A DNA stretch of 64,000 nucleotides from an uncultured Verrucomicrobiae bacterium (lineage in GTDB: Bacteria > Verrucomicrobiota > Verrucomicrobiia > Chthoniobacterales > UBA10450), in contig CAVTMK010000002.1 of the NCBI GenBank assembly GCA_963735805.1, positions 1,632,001 to 1,696,000 of the forward strand, in the 5' to 3' direction. Below the pieces are notes generated by a model that was given only the letters and a program-made list of their open reading frames with translations, was not told the origin of the DNA and searched no databases. This document shows, piece by piece, positions 23,697 through 33,488 of this stretch (position 1 is its first letter; each line of letters begins with the position of its first letter). The position numbers and the translations under genes were made by a program.

Positions 23697-24177
23697 TTAC
23701 CAATCCCCTAAAGAGGCCGTGCCCATCGGACCAAAACCATCGAACTGGTCAATCTCGATGTGATTGGGCCCTGCGGTCTCGTATGTCATTGTAGGCGCTG
23801 GGTTGATCAGCTGCTGACCGTGCTGAGTCTGGCTGGGCCGCTGATGGCTTGCCAGTCCGGCTGAGCGCATTCTTATAGGCGTTGAATTGCGTCTGTCTCC
23901 CGACGTAGATCTTGTCCTTCGTCGCCGTGGGAAAAACATAATATAGTTTCCCGTTGTACTTCACGGCTGAGACCCTGTACTGCGCTAATCCGTTGATAGC
24001 CTGTTGCTGTTTTGGGGTGGTGACCGTTATGACCTTAAAACCGGACTGCGCGAGCAAGAACTCTTTCTTGGAAGCGGCGAGCTCCGCGTGGTTGGTTGTG
24101 GCCGTCTGGCACGCTGCCACTAGTATCAGGACCGCCCCGATGCCGGCGATGCTTGTTACTGTTAATAGTTTTTTCAT
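23697..24177 (-). CDS. Small lipoprotein, paralog 2 (+1 frameshift near 23863)
   Basis: Tandem duplicate of paralog 1, including the upstream ATTCCAAGCATTAA segment. Confidence 0.75.
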
Positions 24178-24250
24178 GTTCTCTCCTCTAGGTGCTTGTT
24201 GGCGTATGAGTTTATAAAAAATCAGATAACGACATTCCAAGCATTAATTT

Positions 24251-26706
24251 TCATCGTCGCCCGCCACCGCGAAAACCGCCCCCACCAAATCCGCCAAAGC
24301 GGCCAAAACCGGCCGCCGCCGCCCCCAAAGCGATCGCCGCCGAGATCCTCCGCCGCCACCGAAGCGATCAAAGCCGCCGCCCTGAAAGCCCTGGAACCGC
24401 TGGCTCGAAGAGTCACCACGCGACCGGTTCTGAGCCTCGCGGTCCAAATCACCGGATCCACCTCCACCGCCGGACCGATCGAAACCGCTTCCCCCTGAAC
24501 GGTCGACGCCGCCCCCGCTGCCAGCTCGATCATCGCTACTCGCTGCAGACGACCGTTGCTGATAACTCTCGCTCCCTGTCCGTTGCTGGCTATTTTCTGC
24601 TCCTTGCCAGTTAGGCTGAGGCTTATTTACTGAGTTCCAGCTTCCATTGTCGTACTTCTGCCAGCCATTACCTGTGTTCTTGTACACGTTACCATCGTGC
24701 CCGGCGTACATGTTACCGCTGGCAGTTTTACCAACCGCACTGTTCCCCCACTTCGTGCTGGAAGCGGCCACTTTTCCTCCCTGCGAATCAGCGGCGCCTG
24801 CCACGGTTCCATTCGCTGTTGAGTAATGACCCATGGTAGCGCTCTGGTTTCCTCGCGACACATAGGAACTACCCCATTGAGCGTTCGGACTCGAACCTTG
24901 TCTCGTCTGAGCATAGGTGCCGGTGTACGGGTTATATGCCTGTGCTGCGCTTCTGCTGCCATACGGTGTCGAAACCGAAGCCGCCTCGCGCATAAGTGCC
25001 GGTGTAAGGATTGTAACCGGCTCCTCGCGTTGCCGATCCGTACGGTCCATAGGCCGTTTGTTTCCATCCGTAAGCTCCCGTGGCAGAATCATAGTAAGGC
25101 GTTGGATAATGATAACCGTAGCCCCCGTAATACGCGCCACAGTATGTTCCCGGGTAGGGATAGTAAAACCCACCATAACAATATGGTGGCCACCAATAGC
25201 CACTCCCATCGGCAAGAATCGCTCCCGCGGCAGCGCCCAGAATGAATGTGCCTAAATATCCCGCTGTATAGTTCGCTGTAACCGTGCCGTCCGAATTCCC
25301 GGTTTGGGTAACATAGGTCACGTTATAAACTGGCGAGCTGGAGGGAATCGTGTAGATCTCCTGCGGAACGGATGTGCACGTAGTCCATGGCCCTATCGGA
25401 CTAGGCGACATGAACCACACGCCCTGGAGGCAAAGGTAATAGACGTCTCCAGCTTTAATTACTTTATCGGGAGTGTTGGCCGCATATTCCATCGATGTTC
25501 CCTTGATCGGCTCAAACTTCGGATCGCCGGCATACTCAACTTTAACCTTGGCCGCCGCTTCCTTTGAGTTGACCGTCATCGTGGTCGGAACCTGCGCCAG
25601 CAAAACGGCATCTTTTGCTTCCTCGGTCCCGGGAACTGAAGCAAGTATCGCCGAAGCAGGACTGCTCAGCGGAATTTTGGCGAAGTCAGGCGGAAGATCA
25701 GGCGTCGCGTAAGTCCAGGAGCCCTGTTGCAGATCAGCCGTCCGAAACCATCGGCCAGCCGTCAAATAGTAAAATTGTTGTGTCGGCGTAAAGACGAACA
25801 CGACACTGTTTGTGTTCGTCGCGTATTCAAGCTGCGTGTCCGGAATCTGCGCGTAAACGGGCTGACCATCGAAAAGAATGACTTCGGCCGGCTTATCGCT
25901 ATAGAAGACGTCTGGCGTAACTCCTCCCGATTTAGCGGGTGGCGGGATAAATTTTTTGAGCGCGCTCCATTGTTTGTCCTGCGGCACCTTGGACATGTCC
26001 GGCGGCAACTTGCTTCGTGGCCGACCATTGACCCTCAAGGCTACTGTTAGCCAGCCATTGCTGACCAACCGCGAGGTAGTAAGTGGAATTTCCGGAGTCG
26101 AAAAACAATGGCCACTGCGTGTTAACGACGAACTTCAAATTCGTGTTCGGAACTTGCGAAAGAACAGGCTCACCATTCACGCTCAACAAAATCGACGGCC
26201 GGTAACCGACAAAAATCTTGGGCGGATCGTTGTTCAATTGCGCGCCGGCCGGTGCCTCCTTCTTTGGCGTGGACGCGATCAAAGAATGCAAAGAGACTGA
26301 GAAGGTCGATGGAACAAATGTTTTAAACAATTGCTCCATCTTTTCTGCGGTGGCGTTGTCCAGCGAAGGAAAGTACGTGCCTGTAACCTGCGGATTCGTG
26401 ATGACGACAACCTTGGCAACGTTGTCCACGTTCGTGTTTCCCTTCATTTCCACGACACCCACCACTGTCTTTGCCGGTCTTGGGCGTCAGCGAAATCGCC
26501 ATTCGCCAGCTCAGGTCCTGAAAATTCTTCCAATCATCGACCTGCGGTTGATAAATAATGAGCCGGGTACCGTTACTGTATTTCTCGCGCGGCCAGCTTG
26601 AATCGGATCCCGTCGTGGAGTTGGCCGCAGTGGTGTTAATTGGCGAGACAAGGAGTATTCCAATAACGGTCCACCATGGGAGCCAAGAAGCATTGATCAA
26701 TTTCAT
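24251..26706 (-). CDS. Large exported protein (about 816 aa) with Tyr/Gly-rich region and RGG-type tail; five +1 frameshifts
   Basis: Continuous protein when the ORF pieces are joined (SWPR...IYQPQV; PPKIF; YATNT...YYLTAGRWF; YNPYTGTYA x2; NMYAGHDGNVYK; GGFRGGGRR*). Confidence 0.75.
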
Positions 26707-26754
26707 AGGAGTCTGGACCAAAATTAGCCTATCGCCCCCTCGGGGCCGTTGGCA

Positions 26755-26772
26755 ATAGGACTTTAGGGCAAT
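26755..26772 (-). promoter_or_regulatory. Regulon box (consensus) upstream of the large exported protein operon
   Basis: ATAGGACTTTAGGGCAAT; minus strand TTGCCA-N18-TAGGCT. Confidence 0.85.
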
Positions 26773-26864
26773 AGATAGAGGCAACGTCTCTTCGAAGCCG
26801 CGCACTCATTTCGAATGTTGATTGGTTTTTCAAATTAAACCCGACCCAACTGAGGAAAGCCTGT

Positions 26865-27956
26865 TTATGGGTTCAGTGACCTGATGCTTTCCGCGCCCTT
26901 CATCGAAATCTTGGTGATATCCTTGGCGTCTAGGTTCATTTTCATCAGGTCCACCATTCGAATCTGACTGTTCTCGTAAGTGCGGAAACAGAACCGCTTC
27001 GCCTTGAGATCGCTCGCGCTCGTCCAGATCGTGTAGTCGGCAAGGACGTTTCCGTGCTCGTCCTTCTCATGTTCACGGGCCGCGCCTTTTGGAATGTCGA
27101 ATTGGTTCAGGACGTGGAACGCCTCCAAGACCGCATCATACCCTGTCTTTGGCTTAAAGACGGAGTGACTGAACGCGACGGCGCGAACGAAGCGCGAGGG
27201 CGGTGTGAAGTCTCCCGGCAGCCCGAGCATGCCCGAGCCTTGGCCGGTTGGCAGGAGTTTGACAGGTCCCAGTTGCACCGGAGGAGCGTTGGTCATCGAG
27301 AAGTTCAGATAGTTGCGCAGATTGGTCATGTGCCAATCGAACGTCGGCGAGTTAGTGATCACACCCAGCGAGTTGTCATGGACGTTGAGCTTGCCGCCGA
27401 CATACTCGATCACGATGCTTTTGCCGGAAGCGTCATGCAAAATGTAGTGCGCCTCCGGAGCGAAGCCCCACCCGCCGAACACGACGGCTGGGACGACAAT
27501 ATTGCCTATATTGGCCTTTACTTCCTCGACGCTGGCGAAGTTCTCCAAGATCCACGACCCCACTTCCCACTGTGCGATGGTCTTGCCCGCATCGGCTCCG
27601 GTATAGGGCATGTATCCGGCGGAGGTAGGAAAGTAGAACGTCCCGGCGGCTAGACCTTTTTCGTTCAACCCGTCGAATAGGACCGGTAGCCCCACACCAT
27701 TGGCCCCGACGCTCGCGTACTTCGCTTTCCACTTAAGCCCTTCCTTTCCGTCGGGCGTAGTTCCGGTCCGCGCATAGCCGCGCGGAACCATGATCACGTC
27801 GGAATTAATATCGATGGCAAATTCCATCGTGCGCGCGTGGATGACCGAGCCATCTTCGGCAATGAGTCGGATTCCAGTGCAGCCTTGCGCGGCATTGGCC
27901 AGCAGCGAGCAGATGGCAGCGGCAGTAATGAGTGTCTTTCTGATTTGGTTTTTCAT
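26865..27956 (-). CDS. Choloylglycine hydrolase / penicillin V acylase family Ntn hydrolase, exported
   Basis: Signal peptide then N-terminal nucleophile CTG, ARTMEF, DGLNEKGL, TNSP, GLPGDFTPPSRF. Confidence 0.92.
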   Translation of the reverse strand: MKNQIRKTLITAAAICSLLANAAQGCTGIRLIAEDGSVIHARTMEFAIDINSDVIMVPRGYARTGTTPDGKEGLKWKAKYASVGANGVGLPVLFDGLNEKGLAAGTFYFPTSAGYMPYTGADAGKTIAQWEVGSWILENFASVEEVKANIGNIVVPAVVFGGWGFAPEAHYILHDASGKSIVIEYVGGKLNVHDNSLGVITNSPTFDWHMTNLRNYLNFSMTNAPPVQLGPVKLLPTGQGSGMLGLPGDFTPPSRFVRAVAFSHSVFKPKTGYDAVLEAFHVLNQFDIPKGAAREHEKDEHGNVLADYTIWTSASDLKAKRFCFRTYENSQIRMVDLMKMNLDAKDITKISMKGAESIRSLNP

Positions 27957-28034
27957 TTGGTGGCTCTTCTATATTTGAAGTGAGGAGCTATACGTTCGCC
28001 ACTAACCAGTTCACCGGTCCGACTCCAGTCTTGG

Positions 28035-28313
28035 TCAACGCCGGGATGACCAGTAAGCATCCGCCTCGGCTTCGAGTCGGTCCAAGCGCGTGTAGTAGTC
28101 CGGAAACTCCTTGAGGTGTGCCCAGGCAATCTTGCCCGTCAAATCCATGTCGTTATTGGTGACGTTCGTTTGTAAGTCCCGTGTCCCGTGTTCGAGTTCC
28201 ACTTCCAGACCACGGCGGAACTGGTCGAGATCGACCTTCGCCCAATCGACGCCGAGTTTGCCGCCGACCTGCTTGGCCGCGGTGGCACTTATCCGCTGTT
28301 TTTTGGTTTTCAT
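28035..28313 (-). CDS. DUF5661 family protein
   Basis: QFRRGLEVELEHG...TGKIAWAHLKEFPDYYTRL. Confidence 0.8.
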   Translation of the reverse strand: MKTKKQRISATAAKQVGGKLGVDWAKVDLDQFRRGLEVELEHGTRDLQTNVTNNDMDLTGKIAWAHLKEFPDYYTRLDRLEAEADAYWSSRR

Positions 28314-28427
28314 GATTCTGTCCTTTTGAACGCTGGTTGGTTTTTCAAATTGAACCCGAGCTATCAGAGCAAACAGAGGACTTGTTGCTTTCCACTTCTG
28401 ACCCATTTGGTGGTATTGAAATCCGGT

Positions 28428-29462
28428 TCATTTGATTTCGGGCGTAAAGATGACCTTCCAATCATTCTTCATGCTGATGACTGTCCAGCCGTTCTTGGTC
28501 GCCTCGTCATAGAGCGCCTGCGTGAATGTGCCGACCTTTGTGTCGGGCAACCCATCAGCGGGACCGTACGCATACTCCCGCTCTGCATCGTCGTGCAACA
28601 CGAGCAACGAAAGCCGCGCGCCGTCGCCCGCCTTGGTATATTCGAGCATCTGCTGGTCGCCGGTCGAGTTGCCGAAGGCGATGTGTGGGCGGCGGCCGAT
28701 CATAAGATGGATGCCTTCGGGCTTGCCGGCATCGTTGTCATTGAGCACCAGCTTCGGTTCCTTCGTGAGGAAGGGCTTACCATCCTTTTCATAGCCATAC
28801 TTGGTCCCGAGCGCTGTGCCGACGACCTGCTCGGGCGGAACGCCGTACGTCTGCTCCGCGTACACGCGCACGAAGTCCTGTCCGCCGCCAGTGACGATAT
28901 AGGTCTTGTAACCGTTAGCACGCAAGTATTGCATGACTTCTTTCATCGGCTGATACGTCAGCTCGGTATAAGGACGTTTCCAACGCGGATCTTTTGCTTG
29001 GGCGAGCCACTTTTTCACTTCGGCGGTGAATTCTTCCACGGAGATGCCGGTCAGCGTGGCAATGGCTATCTTCTCGAGATCGGGCAATGTCAGCTTCTCC
29101 ATCGCCGTGCGATCGCCGTGAAGCAGTTCCAAAACGGTGTTGAACGGCGCGACGTTCGCCAGTTCGGGCTTCGCCTTGACCAGAGCCGGAACTTTTTCCA
29201 GGCAATACATTACCTGGGTATAGATTGGATGCTCGACCCACAGCGTGCCGTCCTGATCAAACGTGGCGATGCGCTCCTCGACCGGTACGAATTGAGGACT
29301 GCCTTGGGTTGTAGTCGCCTTGACGAATTCTACGATGGCTTGTTTGGCCGCGCCGTCGTTCCACGAAGCCAACGGGTCGACGGCCTGCGCCTTGGTCGCT
29401 ATGAGCACGACCATGTAGGCGAGTGCAATCGTTACGAGGTTTTTTTTGTACGTGGTTTTCAT
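28428..29462 (-). CDS. Exported HAD-family hydrolase (acid phosphatase-like)
   Basis: Signal peptide, FDQDGTLW motif I, IVTGGG, GKP, FGNSTGD. Confidence 0.9.
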   Translation of the reverse strand: MKTTYKKNLVTIALAYMVVLIATKAQAVDPLASWNDGAAKQAIVEFVKATTTQGSPQFVPVEERIATFDQDGTLWVEHPIYTQVMYCLEKVPALVKAKPELANVAPFNTVLELLHGDRTAMEKLTLPDLEKIAIATLTGISVEEFTAEVKKWLAQAKDPRWKRPYTELTYQPMKEVMQYLRANGYKTYIVTGGGQDFVRVYAEQTYGVPPEQVVGTALGTKYGYEKDGKPFLTKEPKLVLNDNDAGKPEGIHLMIGRRPHIAFGNSTGDQQMLEYTKAGDGARLSLLVLHDDAEREYAYGPADGLPDTKVGTFTQALYDEATKNGWTVISMKNDWKVIFTPEIK

Positions 29463-29611
29463 AGCTTTATTTGGTTTTGATTTTTGTGGATTGCTAATTG
29501 TTTTTCTCGTTTGGTTCGTTTGATTCACCTCGCGCCGGTGAGGCATCACGTGCTCGTCGGTGGGTTGCGCTGATCTCGGTGCAATTTTGCGCTGCCTGCT
29601 GTGAAACCTCC

Positions 29612-29629
29612 ATAGGACTTTAGGGCAAT
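29612..29629 (-). promoter_or_regulatory. Regulon box (consensus) upstream of HAD hydrolase
   Basis: ATAGGACTTTAGGGCAAT; CAAAAT at 29584-29589. Confidence 0.85.
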
Positions 29630-29904
29630 GCCAGGTGTAGTCTCCCCGGTGCTTTTCCAGCATCACGCTCCAAAAGAAAACGACCAAAGAAATGGCCAGA
29701 TCATCCGCCGAGCTGCGTGTGGTCGTCATGATTAGCGTCGTCACTTTAAGCGGCCGCCGTTAATACCTGACTCCCCCGTCTTTTGCCGGGATCCGGCCAG
29801 TCAATGCTCTTCCCAGTTGCTCGAATCCAGCTTGGCGGTTGTTAGGGCCGACAGGAACGGCGTCCCGACGTGGCTAGGCTAGCTGTTTTTGACGTTGGTT
29901 CGGC

Positions 29905-30306
29905 TCAACGAAATGGGTCACGGCCCCCGCCCCATTGGTTCTCCCAACTCCGGGCGAAGGGGTGATTCATCTCCTCTTCCGGTGCCTGCGCAACGTGTTG
30001 CTGTGTGCAGAGCTGTTGATACCGTTGATGTGCAGATTCTCCGCCGATATAAGCCACGCCGGCTTTCTCGTCTTTAAAGACGTAGAACCCTTTGCCGTTC
30101 AGTGTGGCGTGGTCGAGTTTGTTGCTCGGAAGTGCGGCGTAGAGCTCCTTTTGTTTTGCCGTCTGCGGAGTGTGCGCACGGAAGCCGGCTTGGGAGAGCA
30201 ACGATGGGGTGTTTTCTGTTTGCATGCTGGCGCAGCCGGCAAAGAAAATAATGCCGCAGGCGGTCACGATGAGAATCAGGCTCAAGTTAGTTATTCTGGT
30301 TTTCAT
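29905..30306 (-). CDS. Small lipoprotein, paralog 3
   Basis: FAGC lipobox; LLSQAGFR..TPQT.KQ, GK.FYVFKD, YIGG. Confidence 0.8.
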   Translation of the reverse strand: MKTRITNLSLILIVTACGIIFFAGCASMQTENTPSLLSQAGFRAHTPQTAKQKELYAALPSNKLDHATLNGKGFYVFKDEKAGVAYIGGESAHQRYQQLCTQQHVAQAPEEEMNHPFARSWENQWGGGRDPFR

Positions 30307-30564
30307 GGTTTTGTTGCGTGTTGATTGGCTGCGACTCGTAAGTAGAAAACGCGGCGACCGCTAGCGTCAATATTTCTTTCGTCTGTCACGAAAATGTAAC
30401 AATCGCGCGCGGACTGAGCGGAGATGAAAAGCATCCCCAAGGTCTAACGAGATTGACTGCCTAATCCGTTTCGGCCTAGTCTTCGCCGGTCGATAAAAGT
30501 TTTGCTGCCGCCCCGAAATGGCTTGCGGCTGGCGCATCTCCCAGAATTTCAACATTAGGAGCGG

Positions 30565-30960
30565 TCACCCACTGTAATCGTGGTGCAATTCCCTGGCCCA
30601 ACTCCGGGTGAAGAAATCATTCATCTGCTCTTCCGGTGCCTGCGCGACATGCTGCTCCGTACAGAGCTGCTGATACCGTCGATGTTCCGGTTCTCCGCCC
30701 ACATATTCCACGCCGGCTTTCTCGTCTTTAAAGACGTAGAAGACTTTGCCCTTCGTTGTGCCACGCTCGAGTTTGTTACTTGGAAGCGCTGCATAGAGCT
30801 CCTTTTCCTTTGTCGTCTGCGGAGTGCGCGCACGGAAGCCGGCTTGGGAAAGTAACGATGTGGTCTTATTTGTTTCCATGCTGGCGCAACCGGCAAAGAA
30901 AATGATGCCGCAGCCGGCCACGATGAGAATCAGGCTCAAGTTAGTTATTCTGGTTTTCAT
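30565..30960 (-). CDS. Small lipoprotein, paralog 4 (recent duplicate of paralog 3)
   Basis: Near-identical N-terminus MKTRITNLSLILIV and core. Confidence 0.8.
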   Translation of the reverse strand: MKTRITNLSLILIVAGCGIIFFAGCASMETNKTTSLLSQAGFRARTPQTTKEKELYAALPSNKLERGTTKGKVFYVFKDEKAGVEYVGGEPEHRRYQQLCTEQHVAQAPEEQMNDFFTRSWARELHHDYSG

Positions 30961-31132
30961 GGTTCGTTGCGTACTCGATAAAAGTTTTGCTGCAAACTAT
31001 GCGGATCCCTGAAACGCGGCTCAACAATCCACTCCGTTTTCATTGTTCTTAATGTTCTTGTTTATCGGTTTCTCAAACTTTCTGAAAGCCGTTTTTTAAA
31101 ACTATATCTTTGTAGAGGTCGTAATTGGTCGT

Positions 31133-31633
31133 TTACACTTCCGACGCAGGCATCGAACCGAAGAATATTTTCATCACCTTTTCCCTTCCCATGACGCGCA
31201 CCAGCTCGTGCATCGTGCAATACATGGCAATGAGGACGAACAGAATAATCTGGATAGCCCAGAAATGCGGCCAGATGATTTCACCCAGCAACTTCTTATT
31301 GCCCGCAACAAAGCCGCCAGTTTGCCGCCAGAAATCAATAAGGCGCTCCACATAGTGAATAAGCGTGGCCATTAGCCAGTAGATCAAAGTCTTCCAGGCG
31401 ACGTTGTAGATGAGCGGTTTATTGGGAAAGCGATTGATCATCGGCACCATGTCCGCGATTAGCACTGCCTTGCCCAGAATGAGTGAGGCGACGGCAATTG
31501 AAATTGTAGAGGATGGCTTCAGCCCGGTTCTCTCCAACATCAATATGCGAACGATCATGACAATATGCAGCGCGACGAAAAAGAAGATTGTCGGCGGCAG
31601 GATCTTGAAGAACTCTTCTTTTAGTTTGGCCAT
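31133..31633 (-). CDS. Conserved hypothetical membrane protein
   Basis: 4 TM helices; PPTIFFF, LGKAVLIAD, WPHFWAIQI. Confidence 0.75.
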   Translation of the reverse strand: MAKLKEEFFKILPPTIFFFVALHIVMIVRILMLERTGLKPSSTISIAVASLILGKAVLIADMVPMINRFPNKPLIYNVAWKTLIYWLMATLIHYVERLIDFWRQTGGFVAGNKKLLGEIIWPHFWAIQIILFVLIAMYCTMHELVRVMGREKVMKIFFGSMPASEV

Positions 31634-31782
31634 TTTGAAGTCATTTCCTTTCGACTGATGACGGCCAGCGACGTCCGGGGAACGCCCGCGGAAACATCGA
31701 AGCACCGATCGCCGGACTGATCAGCGACACCGTGATCATGGCTTGAAGTTGGTTGTGCATGTCTGTTTGGGGCGATCGATTC

Positions 31783-33239
31783 TTACAAAATTGGCCCCAA
31801 CATCGCAATGGTGTTGTTCCAAAGCCGGCGGGTAATCGGCCATTGGGCCACCGTCTCGGCGGTGACGGGATGGGAGCAGGCAAGATAGGCGTCCTGACGG
31901 CGGCGCATTTCGGCAGTTAAAGTCGGATCGTAGAACAGAATGTTGTTCTCGTAATTCAAATCGAAACTGCGCCGGTCCATGTTGGCCGAGCCGATCAGGG
32001 TGACTTCCCCGTCCAATGTGACTGACTTGGTATGGAGGAGACCGCCTTCGTACTCGTAAATGCGGACTCCGGCGGCGAGCAAGTCACTGTAGTAACTGCG
32101 ACTGGCCGCGCCGACGATCCATGAGTCGTTTCGCGCTGGGAAAATAATAGTGGTGCGCAACGCCGCGCCGGGCACTGGCACAAAGAGCGCTCTGCATGGC
32201 TTCGTCTGGCACATAATAAGGAGTCGTGATGACCAGCTCTCGCCGGGCGGTGTACAACAGAGTTTCGAAGACTTCGGGCATCGCCGAGTTATATACCGTC
32301 GGCCCGGTGCCAATGACCTGCGCTGTCAACCCAGGGTCGCAGGGCGGCAACGGTTGACGCAACAAGGGCGTGAGATCGCCATCCATTTGCGCCATCCAGT
32401 CGGTCACGAAAAGATACTGATTCTGCCGCGCAATCGGCCCCTCAAAACGCATCATCGCATCTACCCATGGAGCAAACCTTGCCTTGATCCGGAACTCGGG
32501 GTCTGCGCAGTTCTGACTGCCGCAATAGGTGATTCGGTTATCAATCACCAGAATCTTGCGGTGATTGCGCAAATCGATGCGTCCTCGCAACGGACGCAAG
32601 AGGAGATTGCCAATGGGCAGGGCGGTAGCCACCTGAACGCCGGCCGCCTGCATGGCTTTCCAATGTGGGGATTCGATCATGATGCGCGAGCCCAATCCAT
32701 CGGCCATCACCCGGCAGATCACCTTACGCGCAACGGCGCGTTTCAGCGCCTCGACCACTTTGAGTCCGTTGTTATCCGGCAGCCAGATGTAAAAGGTCAG
32801 ATGGACATGATCCCGAGAAGCATCAATATCTGCGACCATGGAATCGATGGTCGCGTTGGAATCCGGCAGCAAGGGTCGCGCAGTTACCACCCACGGGCTC
32901 GAAGCCATTGACCGAGTGTCCGAGCCGGAAGAGGTGGGCGTAGGTCTCTGGGATTTTCGGTTGCAGATCAGGCGAATCCATTCCCGGGACCTTGGTAAGG
33001 TCAGGCATGGCGGCCAGCACCGCGCACAGACGACTCACACGCCGGCGGCCGATACTGGTTTCACCGAGAAAGATATAAGCCAGGATGCCGATCACGGGCA
33101 GAACAATGATGACGACGATCCAGGCAACCCGAGAAGCCGGCTCCCGGTGCGGCCGCAAAATGACCCGCGCAATCACGCCGAGGTGGATCAGGACAAAGGC
33201 TCCTGTCCACAGTGCAGCTAGGACCTCGCTTTTAGTCAT
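31783..33239 (-). CDS. cls: Cardiolipin synthase with two +1 frameshifts (near 32872 and 32160)
   Basis: PLDc_N TM hairpin (AW...LPVIG...YIFLG) and two HKD motifs, HRKILVID and HTKSVTLD...GSANMD.RSF.LNYE. Confidence 0.88.
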
Positions 33240-33446
33240 TCAACAACGGCTGGGTTGACGTGGTCGTTTTCTCTCTCGTATCGATACCCGAGCTTCGGAA
33301 CGAAGAAAAGCCTCGTTTGGAGCTAAGTTAACCCCGGATATTAACGTAGTTTATCCGAGAGCTTCGCCCGTATAAGGACGCGCCCGAGCATATGCGAACA
33401 GCCCGCGCGTTTCACGATCGAAAGGATTAGATAATCGCGGAAAAAG

Positions 33447-33472
33447 CGGACGGCTTTTGTAAGCCGCCCGCC
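33447..33472 (-). terminator. Hairpin terminator after the sulfatase trio
   Basis: GCGGACGGCTT-TTGT-AAGCCGCCCGC with a minus-strand T-tract. A similar hairpin lies at 35232-35259. Confidence 0.6.
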
Positions 33473-33488
33473 ACTAAGGTCATTTCTG

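Noticed and set aside
24251..26706. Programmed frameshifting or phase variation in the large exported gene and in cls
   Set aside because: There are no slippery heptamers or long homopolymers at the shift sites. The pattern fits a mixed-allele consensus error.
28375..28392. Thirteenth regulon box AGAGGACTTGTTGCTTTC upstream of DUF5661
   Set aside because: An in-phase CAATTT is present but the second half-site is poor, so it was not counted.
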